From Strigamia acuminata (lineage: Eukaryota): a stretch of 64,000 bases of DNA. Position 1 is the stretch's first letter; each line of letters opens with the position of its first letter. Positions 13,901 to 23,769 of the stretch are shown here, piece by piece. Location of the stretch: NCBI GenBank assembly GCA_949358305.1, contig OX442314.1:19344001-19408000 (forward strand), read 5' to 3'. A program made the position numbers and the translations under genes. The notes below the pieces were generated by a model. The model worked only from the letters and a program-made list of their open reading frames with translations. It was not told the DNA's origin and did no database searches.

Positions 13901-15690
13901 TCGTTCGGGTCGAATGCGGTTTCTTGATTTTCGTTGGCGGGTTCAATGTCGTGTGTTCGGATTAAGTTGTATTGCTTCGACGGGCGCCCCGGTTTTCCGG
14001 TCCTTACGAGTTTTGGACGTCCCGGGCCTCGTTTGGTTTCAGCAGGTTGATTTTCAATCGGAATTTGCGCGTCGGCTTCATCGACATCGATTTCTCCTTC
14101 TGTTTCAACTTCGTTGTCATTGTTGCGCGCAGTAATGGCGTCAGGCGGCAGGCTTTCGGGTTCGTCAAAACTGGGAAAAATAAAAAATGGATCAGCAAAT
14201 GATTTTTCGCCATTATTTGAGATGGCATCGGTTGACTCGAAAATTTTGACGTGGCAGCTTTTCACGACTCTTTGTCGGGCAGCATCATAAAGTTTGTACG
14301 CTTTTGATTCAGCTGAATAGCCTATTAGTGTCAATTCATTTCCTTTTGCTTCAAATTTTCCTCTTCCCGGCCCCTGCTGCAACACGATGGCTTTGCTGCC
14401 CAGTCTTCTCAGGAAACCAATATATGGCTTTTTGCCGTGCCATACTTCAAATGGTGTTTGGTTCTGCAATGACTTGGTTGGGCAACGATTTCTGATGAAG
14501 ACAGCACTGTCTATAATTTCAGCCCAAAGGTGTCGTGGCAAATTCGATTCTATCATCATGCATCTTGCCATTTCACACAGCGTGCGGTTCATGCGCTCAG
14601 AAACGCCATTTTGTTTTGGTGTGTACTCGACCGAGAGTTGGCGACGAATCCCTTCGTCTTCTAAGAATTTGGTGAACGTGGCGCTGACGTATTCCTTGGC
14701 ATTGTCGCTGCGAATTTTCTTAATTTTTCGTCCGGTTTCGAGTTCGACTCTTCGCTTGAAGTTTTGAAATGCTCGGAAAATTTCGCCTCTTTCTTTCAAA
14801 ATTGCGACTTCGGTGTAGCGAGATTTGTCATCGATGAACGTGGCGAAATATTTGGCCCCTCCAAGCGAAGTGATTGGCATTGGTCCGCAAATGTCGGAAT
14901 GGATCAAATCGAGTACGTTTTCAGCGCGTGTTGACGACGGTGGGTGTGAGCTTCGGTGTATTTTCCCCTTTGCACAGGTCTCGCAGTCGAATGTTTCGCT
15001 TGTGGCGTCGAATTTTAGTCCATTTACCATTTCGTGTTTCTTTAGTTGCTGTAAAGCGGCCAAATTTAAATGTCCGAAACGATGGTGCCATATTTTCGAG
15101 TTTAAACTAATTTTCCCGGTGGCGACGTTTGCAATCTGCAGCGGTTTTGTTCGTATGATGAACATGTCGCCCCGTCGTTCAGCTTTCATGATCGTTTTTC
15201 CCTTCTTGCTGATTGTTGCGTTGTTTTCGGTGAAAATAACTTCAGCGCCCTGACTGGTAATGCGTGGTACTGACATCAAATTTCCGCTTAAGTCGGGTGC
15301 AAACATGACATTCTCCAAAACAATTGGTTTTTCGTAATCGTCCACGTCAAGGTGTATTTTTCCAAGTCCCTCGCTCTTCACGTACGTCTTGGAAGCGGTT
15401 CGAATTTGTCCCTTCATTGTTTCGTTTAGGCTGGAGAACATCTCACGATTTTTGCACATGTGGCGCGATGCGCCGCTGTCCAGGCACCATTCGACATTAT
15501 TCAGTGTGTGGTCGCTTTGGTAAGCGACGGCATAATTTGCTGATTCGGGCTGGTCATTTGCTGTTGCGATTTCTACATCACGTTCAGTCGGCGTCGCCTT
15601 TCCGTCAAGCTCAGTCGGTGTCATTTTTCCGTCTACGATTTGATACGTCGATACGACGGTCGCGGTAAGTGCTTCAGCGTCGACTGTCTT
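13890..15690 (-). CDS. Copia A protease / GAG-pre-integrase / integrase
   Basis: WCLDSGAS, WHHRFGHLN...CETC, HSDICGP, RSDNAKEY, QNGVSERMNRT. In frame with gag 22607-23364 once element B and one TSD copy are removed (NNNKT-VDAEALTA...GKMTPT). Confidence 0.93.
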
Positions 15691-16155
15691 TATTGGTTTG
15701 CGATGAATTATTTGCGATAATTATATTTGTTGTGCATTTCCGAATAGGCACAATAAGCGCGTTACTTCATATATTGTTACGAATGGTCAGCCAGTTGATT
15801 CTGCTTTTTAAACTACGCTTGTTTCGTACTCCAACTGGCTGTGTCTATGTGATAACGCGCGTCCCGTCGTCTGCTTGTTAAGCGACGATCGTTTAATTTG
15901 GTTTGGTATTGTTTATCGATTACTTTAGTCTTTACGTTGTATTATTGTAAAGAATAAATCTATTTGGTTATACTAATAGATTTGTTCTCGTTGTTACTCT
16001 GTAACCTGAGTTGAGATCAAATAGCCTCAACCCAGATCACTTGTTTTATGCTTTCATGGTGAATAAAGATGGCGGTCGCGTGTTGCGAACTAACCGCACT
16101 TTATAATCGGTTTGCAAGTTATTTCCGCATGCTCCAGGTCCAAATACGCTCTTCA
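15691..16155 (+). repeat. 5' LTR of copia B
   Basis: Identical by eye to 22142-22606; contains AATAAA signals; followed by AA and the PBS. Confidence 0.96.
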
Positions 16156-16157
16156 AA

Positions 16158-16171
16158 TGGTAGCAGAGGAT
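16158..16171 (+). promoter_or_regulatory. PBS of copia B, complementary to the 3' CCA end of tRNA-iMet
   Basis: TGGTAGCAGAGGAT, 2 nt after the LTR; it matches the complement of the animal initiator Met tRNA 3' end (...CAUCCUCUGCUACCA). Confidence 0.9.
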
Positions 16172-17279
16172 CGGCGACGACCAGCGCCGGCCAATTTTAG
16201 AAGAATTGAAGAGAAACGGACATTTTTCCGACTCCAAGAAGTCGCGAAGTGCGCGCCCGCCCAATTCGTCGTGAAAACGGATTTTCGGTGCGGCAAACGT
16301 CTGGATTACGTGTGCGGACCATTCTGCAAAGGAATAGGATTCCAACGGTGTAAGGAATATTTATTTCGAACGATTTAAACTGTATTTTTGCCGATATAAC
16401 CGGGCTTTCTCGGGCGGCGCCATTTTTGTTGAGCTTCGCTGCAGAATACGGCGAAGTTAGTGTGTCTACGCGTGTGTACGGACCGGCACACGCACGCCCA
16501 ACGATTCTACAACGGAATACGTCGACAGGACGGTATTTTGGAGCAAAGAAGCGTCCCAAAACCGTCAATTTTTTCGAGAAATCACCGTGAATCGACGATT
16601 TTGTTACGGTGGCCATTTTTCGTCAAAAATAGACGGAAAAACGACGATTTGATTCACCGAGAAGTCCTGCACACGATAAGCGTGTGTGTGGGCAATTGTT
16701 TCCGTACCTCGCACCAGGAAAGCGAGTACGAAGGCGCAGACGGGCGCTACGACGATTTTCTCCGCGCTTACACGGATGTGTGTACGCGGATTGCACGTCG
16801 GCCCCAGTTCCGTGCGAAGACAACGTGAAGCCGACGTTTAATTCAACGTGGGAACCAGTTACGACGCGTGAAACCCGTAACTGGCCAACTTCACATCGGA
16901 AACTGTATTTTTCGAATTTTTCTCGTGAAACTCTGTTATTTCTTAAGGTTTTTGTGTTGGGTCACTTAGAATATTCTGTACCCTTCGGGCAGTCGCCCCA
17001 GTACAGTCTCATTCCAGTCTGGGCTTGTCCGTGGCCAACTAGTCGTCCCGCGTCCCCCAGGTGGGCCGGTCGGAAGCTAGTAGGGCGACCAGATTTGGGT
17101 TTTTCATCTCACTTATTGAGGTGCCCCTTGGGAAGTGTAAAATTATTTCGCCTTCAATTTTTGGGGGCAAATTGCTTCTCCGTGCGACATATTCACGTGT
17201 ATTGTGAATATTTGTGTTTTTCTTCGGAAATTTTGTGATTTAGCGATTTGTGCGTCGTTTTTCGTCGAATTTTCTCAAC

Positions 17280-20200
17280 ATGGCAAGTTGGGATCGCCGG
17301 GACGACTATAAGGACGTGGAAAAATTGAATGGAACGAACTATTCGACGTGGAGTGTTCAAATCCAACTCCTTTTGCAATCATATGGAGTTTGGGGCCACG
17401 TGACTGGCAAGGAGAAGCCCTTGCCAGCCACGGCTTCTGCAAAAGAAGTTAGGGAGTTTGACAAGCGCGAGGAGAAAGCGCGCTCCACCATTTGTCTGGC
17501 TTGTGGAAAAGCCCAACAGGTAGTGGCTGTGGCACACGAAGGGGCCAAAGAGGTTTGGGAAGCGCTCAAAGCTGCTTACCAGCCCACTACCAGGGCACGC
17601 AAAGCCCGACTTCGTCGCGAATTTCTCATGTTGAAACTCCATGAGCAAGAGGAAATGATGGTTTTCCTAGCCAGAGTCGACAGGAAGGCGCTGGAACTGA
17701 AAGACGTCAAAATAGACATTTCCGACGAATTCCTGGCCTTCCAGTACCTGGATCTGCTGCCACATCAATACGAAACGGTCAAGCAGACGGTCTACCACTG
17801 GGGAGACCCGGAATTCACCTCGAAGGCCGTCAAAGAACGTTTATTAGGCGAATATAATCGCCTCTACGAGCAAACGGATGAATTTGGTGTTTCATTGGGC
17901 ACAATTGAGAATACGGGTGCCTATTTCACCAAAGGCAGATGGCAACGTGGCCGGGGGGGAAATGCCCCCAGTTCTCCACGCGTCTGTTACAACTGTGGCG
18001 GAACAAATCACTTCGCCCGGGAATGCTCGTCCCCACCAAAACAGCAACAAGGTGCTACGAGAGGAAACCCGACAGGACAGTTCAGCAGGGGCAGTCAACG
18101 AGGGAAGAGTCGTGGGAAGAGCCAGCAGACGGCCAACGTCACGCAAATGGACATTTTTAGCAATTCCCCGGTGTCTTATTTCTCCGCAGCGATTTGCCAA
18201 GAACAACCCCCTGTTGTAGTGTCTTTATTGTCGCATGCGAACTACGATTCGCAATGGTACGTCGACACAGGTGCGACGGACCACTTTTCGTTCAACAAAA
18301 CCTGGTTTTCGGACTTTAAACCATTGACTGGTTATTCTGTTCAACAAGGAGACGGAAAGTCGAAAATCGAGGGCATTGGAAATGTGACTTTAGTTTCGAT
18401 TAATGGACGACAAACACGTGAACTAACGTTGAAAAACGTTTATTACGCACCCAACTTCAAAAAGAATTTGATTTCTTTAGGTCGTACGGATGAAGCTGGG
18501 GCGACGACCATTGTGAAAAATGGAAAAATGTTTATTTATGATGTGACAATTGATGACCCTTCTATCACTGCGATACGTACGAGTGATAGGATGTACAAAG
18601 TCAATTGTCGCATTAATGCAAAGAATTCTGTAAACACAGTTGCACTGTCTGCGCAACAGAGTGCAACAGTGGCACCGACTCCACCTTTAGCGGGTGAAGA
18701 AATTGTGAAATCTTTACTAACACACGTTGATTTTAGAACCGCATTAACCCAAAATTTGAGTAAATCAGGGAAACCTGTACCTGCGAATGAGGGGCAAGCG
18801 AAAACTGCGAATAATGCGCCAGCGATCGTTGCAAACAATGCGAGTATGGAAATTTCGAATCAACAATCGAGTGTTTTGACCGACACACAGTCTAGCTTAG
18901 TGGCCAGCAAGGGCAATAAGCCCAAGGATGCGAAAATTTTGAAAACAATTGTGCAAAACAATTTAACAAATGGAAATGGGGTTGTAAATGGAAAGAATGC
19001 TTCCATTAAACCAGATAAACCCCAAACGATGGACATCTGGCACTCTCGTATGGGACACCTTAATGCAAAGGGAATTGCATTGTTAAACAAATCTACTGAA
19101 GTGTTTGGTTTGAAGTTGTCCAACACGGAATTGTCGAGTTGTGATGCTTGTTCGAGGGCGAAAAGCACACGTGCCAGTTTTCCCCCCATTGCGACCATTT
19201 CGACCAAAGGGATTTTAGAAATTGTCCATTTAGACGTGTGGGGCCCTTCACCAGTTAAGAGCATAGGTGGGGCGTACTACTATTTGGTCATGGTCGATGA
19301 CTTCTCACGATTGATGTGGATCGTGATTATGAAGAAAAAGAGCGAAGTTTTGGGCCATTTTAAGAAGTGGTTAACCGAAATTGAAAGAACGACTTCTAGG
19401 AAAGTCAAGTCGATCAAAACTGACAATGGAGGGGAATTCGTATCCAAACAATGGGATGAATATGCCGGTAGCATTGGGCTGAAGTGTATGCGGACGAACG
19501 CATACAGCCCTGAGATGAACTCCATCGCTGAAAGAACGAACCGTACCATTCTTGGTGGAATTAGAGCTTTAATGATTGAAAATAGTCTTCCTCCATCCCT
19601 GTGGGCAGAACTCGCAGTTTCTGTCGTTTATTTAAAGAACCGGTTTCCGCATGCGGGATTGGGTGGGAGGACACCTTATAATGTGTTTTTCAATAAGAAA
19701 TTATCCCTACGACATGTCAAGTGCATTGGAGCTTTAACTTATGTACATGTCCCTTCGCAGACAAGGGCTGGGAAGTTACAAGAGAGAGCATGGGCGGGGG
19801 CCTTAGTTGGATATGCCTCTTCCACCCGTGGTTATCGGATTTGGGATCCGAACAAAAACCAAGTTTTTCTCTCAAAACACGTTAAAATTTTGGAACAGAA
19901 TTTCTGGTACGAGAATGTAAAGAATCCCCCATCTGGCCCATCACCTGCTACTGACGATTCAGATTTATCAGGTGAAGAGTCTTGTAATGACTCTGACACG
20001 GACAGTGTTCACAGCGAACCTATCCCTGAAGAAGAGGTCAAAGTGGTTGAAAAACTCGTGGAGAGACCCATTCAGGCCAGACCACCTGGGGGACCCGACT
20101 ATGTAGATGCCATGCAATACATCATTGGAGATATACATGGCCTAAATTTTGATGAAATCGGTGGGGCGAAGGGGGATGATAGGGATTTCTTCAATATTTA

Positions 20201-22124
20201 TCCCGACGACGATGAAGGAGAAGTTGAAGAGGAAGTTGAGGACCCAGATGCAAGTGCTCAATTGTCGCCCCAATTGTCACCCACACCCCCTCGTCGGAAC
20301 CCGCCTAGAAAAGGGAAAGACATTGGCGAACGCACAGCTTCAACGAGTGACTTGTTGCCTCTAGATATGACTTTGTGGCAAAGACGGCAGACTGTACGTC
20401 AAAGCGGGGCAACAGCTGGGAAAGTTGATGTTTGGTACATCACACCAAAGCACGAGAAGCTCCGCAGCCGTGTTGAGGTTGTCCGTTGGTGCAAAGCCGA
20501 GGGATATGAATATAAATCGGAATTGTTTAACTTCAAAGATGTGACTATCGGTTTTGCTGGTTGCTGCTCTGTCGAGCCGGACACGTACGAAGAAGCGGTC
20601 AAAGGCGCCAGCAAACCTGATTGGGAAAACGCGATGGAAGACGAAATAAATATCTTCAAAGAGCGTGAGGTTTATGTCGAAGTCGACAAAGACCAAGTTA
20701 AAGACAAAACCTTATTGGGATCAAAATGGATATACAAGTTAAAAAGGGATCACACGGGTACGATTAGAAGATATCGTGCTCGTCTCGTTGCACAAGGCTT
20801 CAAGCAGAAGCCAGGCATTGACTTTACTGAGGTATTTTCCCCAGTAGTCAATTTTGTGTTAGTCATGATGTTCTTCTGTGTCTTAGTGGTACTGAGGGGC
20901 TGGCGTGACGTACACCTTGACATTAAGGCCGCATACCTATATGGGGACCTCGACGAAGTGCAATATATCCACATCCCAAAAGGATATCGAACGACTGAAA
21001 ACCAACACAAATGTTGGGAATTGAGAAAGTCTCTTTACGGGCTCCATCAGTCTGGTCGTATGTGGTACCAGCGACTCCACGACCAGCTGATTGAAATTGG
21101 ATTTGAACCGGTCTTGGGTCTCAATTGCGTGTATAGCTTGGGCACTGACGCTATACTTATTTTCTATGTCGATGACATAGTATTGTTTTCAAAAGACAAC
21201 ATAGCAGAGGAGTGCGTTTTGGATTGGATTCAACAATCATTTGAGATTGTCAATTTGGGCCCCGTCACCCTTTTGTTAGGGATAGAGTTTTGTAGGGACG
21301 GGGAGAATATCTTTATTCATCAACGCGCTTATATTGCAAAGTTGTGTAAGCAATATGGGATTGACTCTTGTCATCGAGTTAGAGTGCCTGGCACTCCGGG
21401 CACCATGATCCAAAAGGTTCAGACGGGGGAACGTGTCAATTCGAGTTTTCCGTATCGGTCTCTTGTCGGCAGTTTGCTCTTCATTGCTAGTCGCACAAGA
21501 CCCGATATTTTGTTTTCGGTGATAGTGTTGTCTCAATACAACGAGACTCACTCGACTCGACACGTGAACATGCTGCTCCAAATCTTGCGGTACTTGGGGA
21601 ACACGCCAAATTTCTCTATCAACTTGGGAAACTGCCAAAGCGAAAATTTGACCGTTTATACGGATGCGTCCTTCGCATTAGACCAGGACAAACGTCGGAG
21701 CTTTGGTGGGCACATCATCTACCTGGGAGGTGTCCCAATCTCATGGAACTGCCATAAGCAGACCATTACACCACTTTCCATTATGGAAAGCGAATTTTTG
21801 GCGGTGGTCGATGGTGTAAAGGAGATAATTTGGTTGGAGCGCATATTTGGTGCGGATGTAATGATGGAGGGGCTCAACCGGGAAATACCATGTGTTTACG
21901 CTGATTCAATGCCAGCGATCCAATATGCGAAGAATCGCATAGAAAATCGCGCAAACAAACACATTGATGTTAAACTGCATTTCGTGCGCGACTGGTTTGA
22001 AAAAGGTGTTTTTCGAATCAGACATATCCCGGGAACCCTTAACGTAGCCGACCTTATGACCAAGTGGCTATCTCGCGCAAAACTAGATGCATTGTGCGAG
22101 CATATTTTTGTAACGGCAAAGTAG
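17280..22124 (+). CDS. Copia B gag-pol polyprotein: Gag, CCHC knuckle, PR, IN, MBD, RT, RNase H
   Basis: First ATG at 17280; EKLNGTNY, CYNCGGTNHFAREC, WYVDTGAT, WHSRMGH, HLDVWGP, KTDNGGEF, MBD at about 20358-20537, YVDDI, YTDASF, KHIDVK. Confidence 0.96.
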   Translation: MASWDRRDDYKDVEKLNGTNYSTWSVQIQLLLQSYGVWGHVTGKEKPLPATASAKEVREFDKREEKARSTICLACGKAQQVVAVAHEGAKEVWEALKAAYQPTTRARKARLRREFLMLKLHEQEEMMVFLARVDRKALELKDVKIDISDEFLAFQYLDLLPHQYETVKQTVYHWGDPEFTSKAVKERLLGEYNRLYEQTDEFGVSLGTIENTGAYFTKGRWQRGRGGNAPSSPRVCYNCGGTNHFARECSSPPKQQQGATRGNPTGQFSRGSQRGKSRGKSQQTANVTQMDIFSNSPVSYFSAAICQEQPPVVVSLLSHANYDSQWYVDTGATDHFSFNKTWFSDFKPLTGYSVQQGDGKSKIEGIGNVTLVSINGRQTRELTLKNVYYAPNFKKNLISLGRTDEAGATTIVKNGKMFIYDVTIDDPSITAIRTSDRMYKVNCRINAKNSVNTVALSAQQSATVAPTPPLAGEEIVKSLLTHVDFRTALTQNLSKSGKPVPANEGQAKTANNAPAIVANNASMEISNQQSSVLTDTQSSLVASKGNKPKDAKILKTIVQNNLTNGNGVVNGKNASIKPDKPQTMDIWHSRMGHLNAKGIALLNKSTEVFGLKLSNTELSSCDACSRAKSTRASFPPIATISTKGILEIVHLDVWGPSPVKSIGGAYYYLVMVDDFSRLMWIVIMKKKSEVLGHFKKWLTEIERTTSRKVKSIKTDNGGEFVSKQWDEYAGSIGLKCMRTNAYSPEMNSIAERTNRTILGGIRALMIENSLPPSLWAELAVSVVYLKNRFPHAGLGGRTPYNVFFNKKLSLRHVKCIGALTYVHVPSQTRAGKLQERAWAGALVGYASSTRGYRIWDPNKNQVFLSKHVKILEQNFWYENVKNPPSGPSPATDDSDLSGEESCNDSDTDSVHSEPIPEEEVKVVEKLVERPIQARPPGGPDYVDAMQYIIGDIHGLNFDEIGGAKGDDRDFFNIYPDDDEGEVEEEVEDPDASAQLSPQLSPTPPRRNPPRKGKDIGERTASTSDLLPLDMTLWQRRQTVRQSGATAGKVDVWYITPKHEKLRSRVEVVRWCKAEGYEYKSELFNFKDVTIGFAGCCSVEPDTYEEAVKGASKPDWENAMEDEINIFKEREVYVEVDKDQVKDKTLLGSKWIYKLKRDHTGTIRRYRARLVAQGFKQKPGIDFTEVFSPVVNFVLVMMFFCVLVVLRGWRDVHLDIKAAYLYGDLDEVQYIHIPKGYRTTENQHKCWELRKSLYGLHQSGRMWYQRLHDQLIEIGFEPVLGLNCVYSLGTDAILIFYVDDIVLFSKDNIAEECVLDWIQQSFEIVNLGPVTLLLGIEFCRDGENIFIHQRAYIAKLCKQYGIDSCHRVRVPGTPGTMIQKVQTGERVNSSFPYRSLVGSLLFIASRTRPDILFSVIVLSQYNETHSTRHVNMLLQILRYLGNTPNFSINLGNCQSENLTVYTDASFALDQDKRRSFGGHIIYLGGVPISWNCHKQTITPLSIMESEFLAVVDGVKEIIWLERIFGADVMMEGLNREIPCVYADSMPAIQYAKNRIENRANKHIDVKLHFVRDWFEKGVFRIRHIPGTLNVADLMTKWLSRAKLDALCEHIFVTAK
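20358..20537 (+). other. Methyl-CpG-binding domain (MBD) within the copia B polyprotein
   Basis: PLDMTLWQRRQTVRQSGATAGKVDVWYITPKHEKLRSRVEVVRWC...ELFNFK aligns by eye to the MBD2/MeCP2 pattern W-x7-R-x-SG-x2-AGK-x-DV-Y/x-Y-x2-P-x4-(F/L)RS...F-D/N-F. Confidence 0.92.
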
Positions 22125-22141
22125 TTCATCGAAGGGGGATT

Positions 22142-22606
22142 TATTGGTTTGCGATGAATTATTTGCGATAATTATATTTGTTGTGCATTTCCGAATAGGC
22201 ACAATAAGCGCGTTACTTCATATATTGTTACGAATGGTCAGCCAGTTGATTCTGCTTTTTAAACTACGCTTGTTTCGTACTCCAACTGGCTGTGTCTATG
22301 TGATAACGCGCGTCCCGTCGTCTGCTTGTTAAGCGACGATCGTTTAATTTGGTTTGGTATTGTTTATCGATTACTTTAGTCTTTACGTTGTATTATTGTA
22401 AAGAATAAATCTATTTGGTTATACTAATAGATTTGTTCTCGTTGTTACTCTGTAACCTGAGTTGAGATCAAATAGCCTCAACCCAGATCACTTGTTTTAT
22501 GCTTTCATGGTGAATAAAGATGGCGGTCGCGTGTTGCGAACTAACCGCACTTTATAATCGGTTTGCAAGTTATTTCCGCATGCTCCAGGTCCAAATACGC
22601 TCTTCA
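22142..22606 (+). repeat. 3' LTR of copia B
   Basis: Follows PPT GAAGGGGGA plus TT; followed by TSD GTCTT. Confidence 0.96.
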
Positions 22607-23364
22607 GTCTTGTTGTTGTTCGATTTTCCCGCGTGGCCTGGCTTCCTTTTACGGCAGTCTTTTGCCAAATGTCCCACCAATCCGCATTTGTTACATTTTC
22701 CTTTAAATTTAAAAGAAGTGTTATTAGTTTTGATAAAATTGTTTTTGGCGGTTAAAGCGTTTTGAGGCGCTTTTTCGTTTTTGCGTAAGTCCTCGTCCTC
22801 CTGCAGCAATTTAATTTTCACTGCGGCGAGGTCGGGTAGCGTTTCCCTCATTTTTATCGATGAGCGGAACAATGCGAATGTGTCGGGAAGCGTGTCCATC
22901 AGTAATATCACTAACAGGTCGTCGTCGAGCGAGCTACCGGTCTGTTTTAAGTTCTGCGCCGTTTCATCAAAGTTGTTCAAATGCGTGTTCATCGTCTCGT
23001 CGTCAGATTTGCGCATATTGATTAGTTTTTTGAATAAAAACATTTTTCGGTGCGGGCCCTTCGGTTGAAAGAATGCTTCCAACTTGTCCCACGCCTCGGC
23101 GGACGTTGTGGCTGTACTAATGGCGCCTTGGTGCGTGCGATTTATGCCCAATCCGATGGTTGCGAGGGCGATTTCGTCCTTCTCTAGCCATTCGTTCACT
23201 GCAGTTGTGTTTGGAACATCTTCCGTGGCTTCCGGTTTGACTGTTCGTTTACACACGTACGCCCAAAGTTTGTTGCAAATTAACACGTTTTTCATCTCAG
23301 TTTTCCAAGATTCATAATTGTCCTCACCGAGTTTTTCTACCTTAAATCCTCGAACTGATTCCAT
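22607..23364 (-). CDS. Copia A gag (N-terminal part, cut by insertion of B)
   Basis: MESVRGFKVEKLGEDNYESW, gag helices, knuckle CNKCGLVGHLAKDC. Confidence 0.92.
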
Positions 23365-23577
23365 TTTTCGTTTTCAAAAGTTCAAAAATATTTGCCTGGC
23401 ACTGTTTGAATTGCGTTTGGTGGTTACACGGCTTGATGTGGCTTGATGCACGTCTCTCAGCTCGGGTGTACACGTGGTCGCTCGTTCACGGCTTGACTTT
23501 TCGATTTTTTGATGTATTTTTGCGATTTTTCGGGAAAAATGTTCGTAACTCACTGTTGCGTAGTGTATGCAGGTGTT

Positions 23578-23589
23578 GGACCCATAACC
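23578..23589 (-). promoter_or_regulatory. PBS of copia A, internal (half-molecule) tRNA-iMet type
   Basis: GGTTATGGGTCC immediately after the LTR's terminal CA; resembles the Drosophila copia PBS GGTTATGGGCCCAG. Confidence 0.82.
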
Positions 23590-23769
23590 TGATGGTGGAT
23601 GAGTTAGATTTATGTAGATATATATATTTTAGGTCGCAGAGCAACTTGTGCTGCGACTAGCGTTTATTCTAGTAGGACAGGAAGTGAAGGGGTAAAGGGG
23701 GAAGGGAGTGACCAGTGGGTGGTCCAATACAAAACATCATGCCGAGATGACGTATAAAACATTCCAACA
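23590..23769 (-). repeat. 5' LTR of copia A
   Basis: Identical by eye to 12067-12246. Confidence 0.96.

Larger units (their letters stand above)
15691..22606 (+). mobile_element. Ty1/copia LTR retrotransposon B encoding an MBD domain (CopiaMBD-like), nested in A in opposite orientation
   Basis: 465-bp LTRs at 15691-16155 and 22142-22606 (TATTGG...CTTCA); TSD GTCTT at 15686-15690 and 22607-22611; PBS TGGTAGCAGAGGAT; PPT GAAGGGGGA at 22131-22139; single intact ORF. Confidence 0.97.
12067..23769 (-). mobile_element. Ty1/copia LTR retrotransposon A (full length, interrupted by nested element B)
   Basis: 180-bp LTRs at 12067-12246 and 23590-23769 (TGTTGG...CCATCA on the minus strand); TSD CATTC at 12062-12066 and 23770-23774; PPT 12247-12255; gag-PR-IN-RT-RH order. 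The empty site TGCATTCAAAGC is visible in the paralogous units. Confidence 0.97.

Noticed and set aside
16046..17238. ORFs in the leader of element B (e.g. 16684-17238, 184 aa)
   Set aside because: They overlap in several frames, mostly have non-ATG starts and show no motif; this is expected in GC-rich non-coding DNA.
15669..22332. Duplicated small ORFs (15669-15881 and 22144-22332; similar pairs in the C and D LTRs)
   Set aside because: These are translations of the identical LTR copies, not genes.
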